Of a stretch of DNA of 64,000 bases, positions 13,515 to 23,600 are shown one piece after another (the first letter of the stretch is position 1; each line of letters starts with the position of its first letter). The position numbers and the translations under genes were made by a program. A model generated the notes under the pieces. The model made no database searches and was not told the DNA's origin. It worked only from the letters and a program-made list of their open reading frames with translations. Source of the stretch: Heterodontus francisci (Eukaryota); contig NC_090375.1 in assembly GCF_036365525.1 (NCBI RefSeq), positions 199,259,864 through 199,323,863 on the forward strand. Direction: 5' to 3'.

Positions 13515-13962
13515 ATGAAGGGTCAAGTCATTGTGATTTTACTCATCACCTTCCTCGGTCAGTATTTTAGGTTCTAACTGATTATTTTTATTCATCCCTC
13601 CCCTCCGCTTTGTGAAATATTCTAATTGATTTCTATTCTTCTCTCTTGCAGGGAAATCTGTTGCTCAAACCTTGACACTGTCCCCATTTTCGATGACCAG
13701 AGCTCCGACGAAAACTGTACGGTTTTACTGCACGGTTGAAGGGACAAATTTCGAAGATCCCGTTATCCACTGGTACCGGCAGACCCCGGGTCAAGGGCTG
13801 CAACGCATGTTATATTTTAAGAATCCATCCGAGACTATGCAGGATATGACCGATAAAGATTTTTTTTTTGCTGAAACAGAATGTAGAACCAAATCCTGTA
13901 CTCTGCTCATGAGGAATAGCCAGGTGGATGACGCTGGGACTTATTACTGTGCCTGCTGGGAC
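13515..13962 (+). CDS. TRGV: TCR gamma V gene V-b (leader 13515-13557, intron, V exon 13652-13962), open frame
   Basis: MKGQVIVILLITFL-G|GTCAGT...TTGCAG|GG-KSVAQTLTLSPFSMTRAPTKTVRFYC..VIHWYRQTPGQ..DDAGTYYCACWD; C23, W41 and C104 present. Confidence 0.92.
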
Positions 13963-14001
13963 CACAGTGACTGAAAGCGAAGGGAAACCAAGGCAAAAAG
14001 C
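13963..14001 (+). promoter_or_regulatory. 23-RSS of V-b
   Basis: CACAGTG + 23 nt + GCAAAAAGC (variant nonamer). Confidence 0.88.
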
Positions 14002-14859
14002 GAACCTGCACGAACACCATCATGCTCAGTCTGTACAAGCTGTTCACACACAAACCACAGGTGTAGCGTTTGGCGATTTCCACGAGCTTTTAATTCATAG
14101 TGTGCAGGATAAATCGCTCGCTATTTCCGATGCTATTTGCATATTATTTCGATATTATTTTTGAGCTGGGATGAATAAAATTGCGTTGCTAACTCCGTGA
14201 GATATCATTATGACAGATCTGTCTTTATTCTATATCTGGATATAACAATTCACTTCCTTTTTAAACTAACAGACCCATTATCACATTCGAGAAAACCGCT
14301 GTAAGTTTCAAAGTCTCCAGTAGCCGCACGGTCCTCCATGAACAAGCTACCTCAACCATCAAACCAACGCTAATGATATTTGCAGTCACTGTCCTGTCGT
14401 TAGAAATTAGGAATAGGAATAGCTCTTAGAGCCTGTCCCCCTCCTCAATGAAATCTTGACTGATTGTTATCGACTCCATGTACCCGACTCGACTCCATAT
14501 CCTGTAGCCGGGAAGGATAGCATAATGTGACTGGCCTAGTAATCCAGAGTCTTGGCCACTACGACAGCTGGGAGAATTTAAGGTCAATTAAATAAAATAA
14601 AGAATAAAAACCTAGTCTCAGTAATGATGACCAAGAAACTACCGAATTGTCTTAAAACCCGATCTGGTTCACTCATGTCCGTCAGGGAAGGAAATCTGTT
14701 GTTCTTACCCTGGTTTGGCTTATATGTAACTCCAGACCCACAACAATGTGGTTGACTCTGAACTGCCCTCTGAAGTATCTGAGCAGTTGTATCAAACATC
14801 TATGGAAAAGTCAAATAAAAATAAAACATGACCAACCACCTGCCATCATCAGATATAAC

Positions 14860-16380
14860 AAAGACATACCCTGCAAAGTCTTACTCATTAACATCTGGGA
14901 ATTTGTGTCAAAATTGGGAGAGCTTCATTACAGATCAAGAGTAGTCATAATCAAAGAAGAATACTTTCCAGCCAATATCCCAGACTCTGCCTTCATCATC
15001 CCTGGGCCCTCCTGCCGGCAGGACGGACCCATCAGATGTGACAGCACAGTGATATACAGTTCAGAGGGAGTGTCCCTGGGAGTCCTCAACATTGACTCCA
15101 GACCCCGTGAATCAGGTCAAACATGGGTAAGGGAACCTCCTGCTGATTAACACCTACTGCCCTCTCTCAGCTGATGAATCAGCGTTCCTCCCCGTTGAAT
15201 GCTACTTGGAAAAGACAATAAAGGTAGCAAATGGATAGAATGTATTCTGTGTGGGGGACTTCAATTTTCATCACTGAGTGTCTAGGTAGCACCACTACTG
15301 ACCTAGGTGACTGAGTCCTGAAAGGCACACGTGCTAGACTGGGCCTGCGGCAGGAGTGAACCAATATAAGGGAACATCTATATGACCACGTCCTCACCAA
15401 TCTACAGGTTGCTGATGTTGTCCATAACAGTATTGATAGGCGTGACCACTGTACATTCCTTGCGGAGACGAAATCCTGTCTTTACATAGAGGACACCCTC
15501 CATGATGTTGTTTAACACTAGCACTATGCTAACTGGATAGATTCAGATTGGATCGAGAAGCTCAAACATTGATTATGGTGCAGCACATTCCAAACTCTAT
15601 TACTACCATTAAGCCAAGGAACTAACCTTGGTTCAATGAGAACTGTAGGAGAGCATGCCAGGAATAGCACAAGGCGTATCTAAAAATGAGTTACCATGCT
15701 GGTCAAACTTCTAAACAGGACTACAAACATGCCAAACAGTGGAAGAAGATGATATAATTAGAGTTAAGTGACTCCACAACCAAAGATTAGATCAAAGCTC
15801 TGTGATCCTGCCATATCCAATTGTGAATTGTGATGGACAGTTAAAGAGCTAGTGGGAGTTCCCCGCAACATCCCCACTAACATTCCAGTAAAGAATTTTG
15901 GCAGAGGCTGGCCAGCACATCAGTGCAAAAGACAAGACTGAAGCATTTGCTACCATCTTCAGCCGGAAATGCCAAGTGGATGATCCATCTCAGCCTCCTC
16001 CTGCAGTCCCCAACATCACAGATGCCAGTCTTCAGCCAATTCGATTCACTCCATGCGATATCAAGAAACGGCAATGTGCACTGGATACAGCAAAGGCCAC
16101 AGCCCTGACAACATCCCGGCTGTAGTGCTGAAGACATGCTCCTGAACTAGCCATGCCCCGAGCCAAGCTGCTCCAGTACAGCTGCAACATTGTAATGAAC
16201 CCAACAATGTGGAACATTGCCCAGGTATGTCCTGTGCACAGAAGGCAGGACAAATGCAATACAGCTAATTGCTTCTCCATAAGTCTACTCTCGATCATCA
16301 GCAAAGTGATGGAAGGTGTAGTCAACAGTGCTGTCAAGTGGCACTCACTCAGCAATAACCTGCTCAGAACTGATGAACTG
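14860..16380 (+). mobile_element. Old non-LTR retrotransposon fragment (same family as 42224-44620)
   Basis: WNIAQVCPVHRRQDK..SISLLSIISKVMEGVVNSA matches ORF 43115..44047. Confidence 0.8.
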
Positions 16381-16394
16381 TCACTCCCCAAAAT

Positions 16395-16720
16395 AGGGTG
16401 GCACAGTGGCGCAGTGGTTAGCACTGCAGCCTCACAGCTCCAGGGACCTGGTTTGTATTCTGGGTGCTGTCTGTGTGGAGTTTGCAAGTTCTCCCTGTGT
16501 CTGCGTTGGTTTCCTCCGGGTGCTCCAGTTTCCTCCCATCGCCAAAGACTTGCAGGTGATAGGTAAATTGGCTGTTATAAATTGCCCCTAGTGTAGGTAG
16601 GTGGTAGGGCATATGGGATTACTGTAGGGTTAGTATAAATGGGTGGTTGTTGATCGGCACATACACGGTGGGCCGAAGGGCCTGTTTCAGTGCTGTATCT
16701 CTAAATAAATAAAATAAAAA
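16395..16720 (+). mobile_element. tRNA-derived SINE (HE1/V-SINE-like) with a CR1-type 3' tail
   Basis: GGCACAGTGGCGCAGTGGTTAGCACTGCAGCCTCACAG head, GTGTGGAGTTTGCA..GGTTTCCTCCGGGTGCTCC core, GGGCCGAAGGGCCTGTTTC..TAAATAAATAAA tail. Confidence 0.8.
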
Positions 16721-16804
16721 AATGTTAATTCTGTTTCTCTCTCCACAGATGCTGCCTGACCTGCTGAGTATTTCCAACATTTTCTATCTTCGTTGCACAG
16801 TGAT

Positions 16805-17045
16805 TGACCCCTTGCTGTCCTTTGAAGTAGTGTCATGGGATCTTTTATGTGCACCTGAGAGGGCAGAGGGGGCTTCGGTTTCACATCTCATCCAAAAGAC
16901 AGCACCTCTGAGAGTGCAGCACTCCCTGAGTACTGCACTGTTGTGTCAGTCTGTATTTTTGTGCTTAAGTCCTGGGATGAGACTTAAAACCACAACCTTC
17001 TGATTCAGAGGCAAAAGTGCTTCCAGCTGAACCACGACTGGCACA
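16805..17045 (-). mobile_element. Deu-domain SINE (SacSINE1/AmnSINE1-like); other copies at ~32290-32710 and ~37775-38005
   Basis: CATGGGATCTTTTA..CACCTGAGAGGGCAGA..TCTCATCC-AAAGAC..GTGCAGCACTCCCT, recognised from memory as the reverse-complemented Deu core. Confidence 0.65.
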
Positions 17046-18339
17046 GTCCCCATAACTCCAGGGACTGAAGGGCATGGCGCCGTCTCCAGGAACATGAGGG
17101 ATGGCACTGCAGGATCCCACATGTGCTCTGATTCCCTATGCGTTAGCCAACAACCTTCAATTCCAAGTTTAACCAACATTTATTGTAGGAAAATGCCTCC
17201 AGACTCTTAATAGGAGCATAGTCTGGCAAAGATGGACTAAAAGAAGACATCAGATAAAGTGACCAAATGTTTGACTGAAGAGCTGGGCTTTCTTAAGGAA
17301 GAGTGGTGGAGAGGTGGAGGGTTCTGAAAGGCAATTTTAGAGCATTGGATCCAGATTGCTGAAGGCACGGTCCCCAATGGTGAGGCAAATGCAGAAGGAT
17401 CCGGAATATTCAGCCGCGGCGACAATTGCTGCCTTCGTTTACCGCGTGGATTGAAATCGCGCTTTCAAAATTAGCGCCAGTAACAGCCACAATATCAGTC
17501 AGTTTTGGCAGACACCTTAATGGTAGGAAATTCCTTCCAGCGCTTTTCTGTCACAATTTAATGGTGTGCAGGAGAACAAAGGGAATGTCAGAATGCACTG
17601 GATGGAGCTCCTGACCTATCAATATTTCAGCCACAAGCCCAAACTCAGGCAATGACTGCGGAATCCGCTCTGCAGAGGGTCGGGGTTAGCAGCGAAGCGG
17701 TTGTGCTGCAAGAGATTTTGCAGCCAACATAGGCAGGACTCTCCGTGTGGTTGTTGAGGTTGCAAGCGGCCTCAGTCACCTTCTCCTCAGATAAGCTATA
17801 CAAAGCAGATGCTACCTGGGAATCTGGATGAGACGGTCACAGTGATCGTTTGCTTTCTTGAACCGCTGCACTGTGTGTTGAAGGTACTCCCACAGTGCTG
17901 TTAAGCAGGGAGTTGCAGGATTTTGACCCAGTGATGTTGTAGGAATGGCCAAGTCAAATGATGTATGGCGTCGTGTTGATGCTGTTCCCTGGCGTTTGCT
18001 GCTCCTGTCCTTCTAGTTAGGGATTTCCTGTTGATTTGATCACCTTGTATACAATGTTCAATGTGCCAGGGAAAGAACGAGCCAACTTGTGCTTTTATAA
18101 ATCCTCTTAAAAAGTGTATGTAATTCAATGCAGATTTTAATTTATATAATAGATAATGAATACATGTTACGTTAGAAGTCTGACTGAAAGGCGTGACTTG
18201 TGTCAGATGCTACAAAAATACCAGTAGAGAGCAGTATTAACAGGAAGTCGAGTCACACGTGGGATGTTGTGTTAGAGTCATTGCCCTATATATTTTATCC
18301 AGATATTAATACAAGTGTCTCACACCTCAGACAGACAAC

Positions 18340-18766
18340 ATGTTGCTCTGTTGGGTTGTTTTCGTGACATTTATTCCACGTAAATAGATCGATTCTTTAA
18401 GTACGTTTTATTTGTTTTCTTCAGACTGTAAAATTATTTGTAATTTGGCGTTTCTTTCCCCACAGATGGATGTTTTGCTCAGGATTTGAAACAGAAAAAA
18501 CTATCAGTGACGGCGAGAACGGGCAAAAGTCCGACAATTACGTGTGAGCTGGGTGAATCAGTCAGTGCTTCCGTTATCCATTGGTACAAACAGGCAGCGG
18601 GACAGCAGCCCGTTCGGATTCTCTACTACGATGGGAGCGTTCGTCGGGATGACGGATTCGATAAAAGGTTTTCAGCAGTGAAGAGCGGAGACAAACAATA
18701 TGTTCTGCTTATTGGCGATGTAAAAGCAGAGGATGCCGCCACCTATTACTGTGCCTATTGGAAACA
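18340..18766 (+). CDS. TRGV: TCR gamma V gene V-c (leader 18340-18379, V exon 18466-18766), open frame
   Basis: MLLCWVVFVTFIP-H-GCFAQDLKQKKLSVTARTGKSPTITC..VIHWYKQ..RILYY..RFSA..EDAATYYCAYWK; GT/AG intron. Confidence 0.94.
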
Positions 18767-18805
18767 CACAGAGCTAAACAGCAATTCAATCCGCTTACAA
18801 AAACC
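18767..18805 (+). promoter_or_regulatory. 23-RSS of V-c
   Basis: CACAGAG + 23 nt + ACAAAAACC. Confidence 0.93.
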
Positions 18806-19484
18806 CTCAACACTGCAATTCAAACATCACCAAAACCACATCCGACTCAACTGAAAACTGCCGAAGTCTTCCTCCTTCAGTTAAAGGTTTACTGCCTCGC
18901 ATATCATAAAAATTACACAAACAGCTACCCTCACCGAGTCGTCCATTCCTTTACCTTTAGATCCGACATGGAACATCAAAGGAGAAGAGGACACAGACAG
19001 TGCAATCGAGTGAAATATCCTGTTGATTCTCTCCCCAGACGGTAGCCAGGCGGTGCCCAGCACGACACTGACCCTGTCTGAGTCTTTCTCACCCATCACC
19101 CCATTGTTTTCCAGCCGCAATTGGTTCTCTGGCCCCAAAACAATCGAACTGGAAATCTTGATCCTCATTTCCAAACCCTCCTCGACCCTACCTCTGCAAC
19201 CTTCCCCACTTTATATCCCGGGCCATGTCATTTGGTCCTCCCACTCTTGCCTCGTGTATCTCTCTGCTCCATCATCTTTTAGCCTTTAAGTCTTCAAGCT
19301 GGGATTCTTTTGTTAAACTCTCGTCTTCCGAACTTTTCTTAGAATCTATCTTTTTGACTCTTTACAAATGAAGCACAACTTCACTTTTCAGCGGTCTCTG
19401 TTCACGCTTCCACTCCTGTTTAACTGTCATTTCTCCTTTACTAGCACATTGGTGCTTTTATAAACTTAAATGTAAGTGATTAAG

Positions 19485-20218
19485 AATATAGGAACATGAA
19501 AAGACCATCCAGCCCCATGAGTTTACTCCACTATTCAATTAGATCATGGTTGATCTATATTTCATAGGAACATGAGAGCAGGAGTAGGCCATTCAGCCCA
19601 TGAAGCCAGCTCCGACATTCAATACGATCGTGGCTGATCAACCACTTCAATACCATTTTTCCCACATCATCCCCATATCGCCTTATATCATCGGTATTTA
19701 GATATCTGCCAGTCTCTGCTTTAAATACACTCAATGACCGGAGCTTCTGCAGCCCTCTTGGGAAGAGAATTCCAAAATTCACAAACCTCTGACTAAAGAA
19801 ATGTCTCCTCATCTCAGTCGTAAGTGGCTTCCACCTTATTTTGAAATTGTGTCACGGGTTCTAGACACCCCAACCAGAGGAAACATCTCATCTGCATCTA
19901 CCTTGTCTATCCCTTTAAGTATTTTGTGGATTTCAGTGAGATCACATCTCATTCCCGAAACTCTAGAGAATACAGGCCCAGTTTCCCCAATTTCTCTTCA
20001 TCGGACAGTCCTGCCATCCCGGGAACAAGCTGGTGAATCTTCGTTGCACTCCCTCTATGACAATAATATCCTTCCAAACGTTAAGGGACCAAAACTGCAC
20101 ACAGTACTCCAGCTACGGTCTAACTAAGGTTCGATACAATAGAAGCAAGACATTGCTACTCCAGTGCTGAAACATCTTGCGATAAAGGTTAACATACCAT
20201 TAGCCTTCCTAATTTCAG
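19485..20218 (-). mobile_element. CR1 LINE 3' fragments
   Basis: MRRHFFSQRFVN..LSVFKAE (19555..19812) and a CR1 3' tail. Confidence 0.8.
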
Positions 20219-20267
20219 CTCCATTTATTCGGCTTTTCTACAGGAAACAGCCCTGAAGTTGGACAGT

Positions 20268-20619
20268 ATGTGGCCATACTTAGCCCTGGTGTTCACTCTG
20301 CTGTCTTGTGCGTTTGCCCCAAGGCAATTAAAACGTTTTTTTAAAACCCAATGTGATATAGCATCGCAGATTCATATTGCACAGAAGGGGTATTTTCGGC
20401 CCATCGTGTCGCTGCTGGCTCTCTGAAAGAGCTTCAATAACTGCAGCATCATGTGTGTTCAAGCTCTAATACACGCATGGTTATAATGCCTCTCTGTCTC
20501 TCACAAGCTGAGTCTGTCACTCCCGTGACCTTGAAGCAGGAGGTTTTATCCATCACTAGGAGTGCTGGGAAGACGGTGTGATTCATCTGCCCGATTGAAG
20601 GATTCGGCAATATAGCGAC
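20268..20619 (+). pseudogene. TRGV: TCR gamma V pseudogene V-d (leader 20268-20307; exon 2 from 20508; stop codon; cut in CDR1 by an LTR)
   Basis: MWPYLALVFTLLS|GT; acceptor tctcacaag; ESVTPVTLKQEVLSITRSAGKTV*FICPIEGFGNIA, then the TGTAAG LTR start at 20620. Confidence 0.8.
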
Positions 20620-23600
20620 TGTAAGGCATTTCTATATCTCTTGTATTTTGATTATGTGAGGAATTTGTTAATATCTCTTGTATTTCTGTTCATAAGTTAA
20701 ATGTTACGAGTTGTGTTGTAGACCAGCGAGTGGAGCTCCTCCGATGGTGAAGACGTGGAGGTAAAGGACATTAGAACGAAGGGAGAAGAATCCTGACCAA
20801 AGAATCATCGCTGGGGTTTACATTGAATTAAAAAAAAGACAGCGTAATTGAACTAGGACCCCCAGATACACACAGACAGAGAAATGAGCAGATGCCACTG
20901 ATGTGATAGCCTGGACTGTTGCAACATCAAACACCCTGTCTACAACCACACTCATGGGCAATGGCTTTTTGAGACATTTGTGGATTGTTTCCATCTTGCC
21001 TGGTCAAGATGCAGATATCACATCCATGGGTGGTATATACCTAAGAAATCCCTCTGCTGAGAACAGGACATGACTATATGCAGTCTTGCATAGCCAGGGT
21101 GGGATTGATAAGGCACTGAAACCCAATTGGAAGACCCAATTCAAAACGTGTCAAGCAGCCAGGGTCAGAAAGGGGTCTAAAGCCACATCTCCCAAGGACA
21201 TTGTTGCTGCAGCCGGGAAATATGACTGATCAATCATAGAAAGTTGTGTGGGAGAAGTTATTCAGTGGTCCTGACCATCCAGGAACGAGCCCTGTACGTG
21301 GGTCTACTAAGCAACTGGTGTTGTAAGTATATACTATTGCTTGGTGAGTTAATAAAGGTGTTGCACATAAAGTGGAAATTATATCCAAAGTCTGTTTTGT
21401 GCAATTGATACTCAGTACGGGGTCAGGACCTTAGAGGGAAGTGAGACCCCCTGTTTAAGAGTCTTAAGCTGGCGAGCACTATCAGGGACCCCGAAAGGTA
21501 AAGAAATAGGAATTCAGACATGGATGGACTTGACATGAAATGCGTGGGAGGGAAATTGCCTCTAAAACAGAGGTGGATACAGGTCAACCTAGAAGCTGTG
21601 AACTGGTGCATGGGGTTGAACAGTAGACACAGGGGTCCACTTGGAGGCGAGCCTTAGAAACAGTAGTTTGGCTGATGGAACATCAACATCAGCATAGGAG
21701 TTCTGAAACCAAGACAGTAAAAGGTAGTCAGAAGCTTGATGAGAGAGACAAGAAGCTAAGTGGATGCGAGACAGTTGTGAAGGGGTAAATAACACAGCTA
21801 GAGGAAGAGAGAGAGAGCTGGAATCCCCAGATGATAAGGAGGAATAGGGGTCAGTGGTTTCTGTAAAAAGAAAGGTAAAAGCAATTGAAGTAAAGAGGAA
21901 TCAAAACCGCTAATGTAATTTATTTTTCTTGCCTCTGTCTGAGTTCTGACTTAAGTTTCAAGTTTCCAAGATGAATGTTGTGAGAGTGGAGAACGCAAAG
22001 GAAGCTTCCAGTAATAATGCATGAGTGTGAGTTTGAATGTGTTCTTCGGCACTTTGAGTTTATATCTCATTATAGGAATTCATATGGGTGCATGGGGATA
22101 TGAAAGTGTGCATGTGTTATTGGGTGTGCCTCTGTTAATTTAATGTTAAGTTGTGGATCTATTGGAAGCAAGTAGAGTTGGGAGTTTATTGTGCTATTAT
22201 GTCTCCCAGGTAAAAGATGAAAGCTGCAGTGAAATGTAAGAAGTCCTAGTGTTCTGTCCATTTAAGAACCTGTGCGTGCAAGCTGAAAGGGCTTTTGTGT
22301 TCAAGCTTTTGTGTTCCTGTAGTTTTGGACTCAAAACTTTAAAGTGTTTCTTGTGAATTAACCTTGTGTTTAGAGTTTTAATTAAAGACATTCGGAAGTT
22401 TAAGGAAAGAAGATAAGTGATGTCATATGTTTTTCCTTTCTAAAAGCACGTGTTTCTGTGTGTGTATGGAATAAATGCCTATTTTATGTGGATGATTTTT
22501 TGTGTGTTTCAAACGTCTGTGTTTTCTTTTCCAGAACTTGTGGTTTTGTGGTAGTAGCTTCAGCACTTTAAGCTTGAAAACCCACAGTAAAATTGTGAGA
22601 TAGATTGGAGGGGAAGTTTAAATTGACTGAAGTGGATATTTTAAGTTATGAGATTTGAGGTAGGATTGTTGGCCAGGATCCCAACTCGAATGGGGTTTAT
22701 TAACTACATGGGGATTCTAATCCGGATATGAATTCACCCATGTTAGTTTGGGGTGGTTTTAATATTAAATTGTGCAAATTGGATTTTGGGTTGGAGAATT
22801 TTTCACAAAAGTTAAATATTTATTTTTGGGAATCATTGGAGTTCTTGTCCTGAAATATTGGGAAGATATGGTAAAGTTTACAAAAAAATCTTTTTCTGTT
22901 CAGAAAGAGACAGGTTTAATTGATCTGTCTAACCTGGAATGCATTTCGTGTTTGATTATCTTTTTAAATGGAGAGCTTGGAGTTTTGGAGAAATTGAAAG
23001 AGTGGTTTACAAATACTGACCAGAATGTTCTGAAATCTGCAGAAGTTGCACGAAAAAAAGTGTTTGGAAAAAATCTAATAGGAAAGATTCAGTTATTTCA
23101 TTTTCTTGGAAAGGGATATTGTTTAAACTCATCAGAGCACATGGCAATGTTTTGTGCTTTTTTTAAAAAAAGAGGGGTGACGACAACATCAATAGTCAAT
23201 TTGAGGGCTCTTGTCCCGCCCTCTTTCAAAGCAGCAGAGTGTAAGCAGCATAAGCAAACCCACACACTTACAGATATTGGACATTCTAAAAATTTTAGGT
23301 TTTTAAGTTTGTCGGATATTAACCCCTTTGGCCACAAGCAGAATGGAACTTTTGTATTTTTTTAAAGTTACAGGGAACTGCAGTTGCAACGGAATTTCCA
23401 ACAGCTCCAAGAATTTAAGGAGATTTGCCACAGCATTGTGACAATTGGGCGACTGGGAACAAGCAATCAGAATTTAAAATTACATTCATATATGTTGGTA
23501 TTTTAAACATTTAAAGGAAACAACAAACGTTTATACTCACATAATTTCAGTGCTTTTTATGGATAAATAAAACTGTTAAAGTTTTGTTTGAAAATAATTA

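Noticed and set aside
18774-18854. C-terminal extensions of the V ORFs (also 46161-46312)
   Set aside because: Read-through across the RSS, which is removed on V-J joining.
22772-23365. 197-aa ORF inside LTR element B
   Set aside because: GTG start, AT-rich composition, no recognisable motif, and the frame is not kept in copies A or C.
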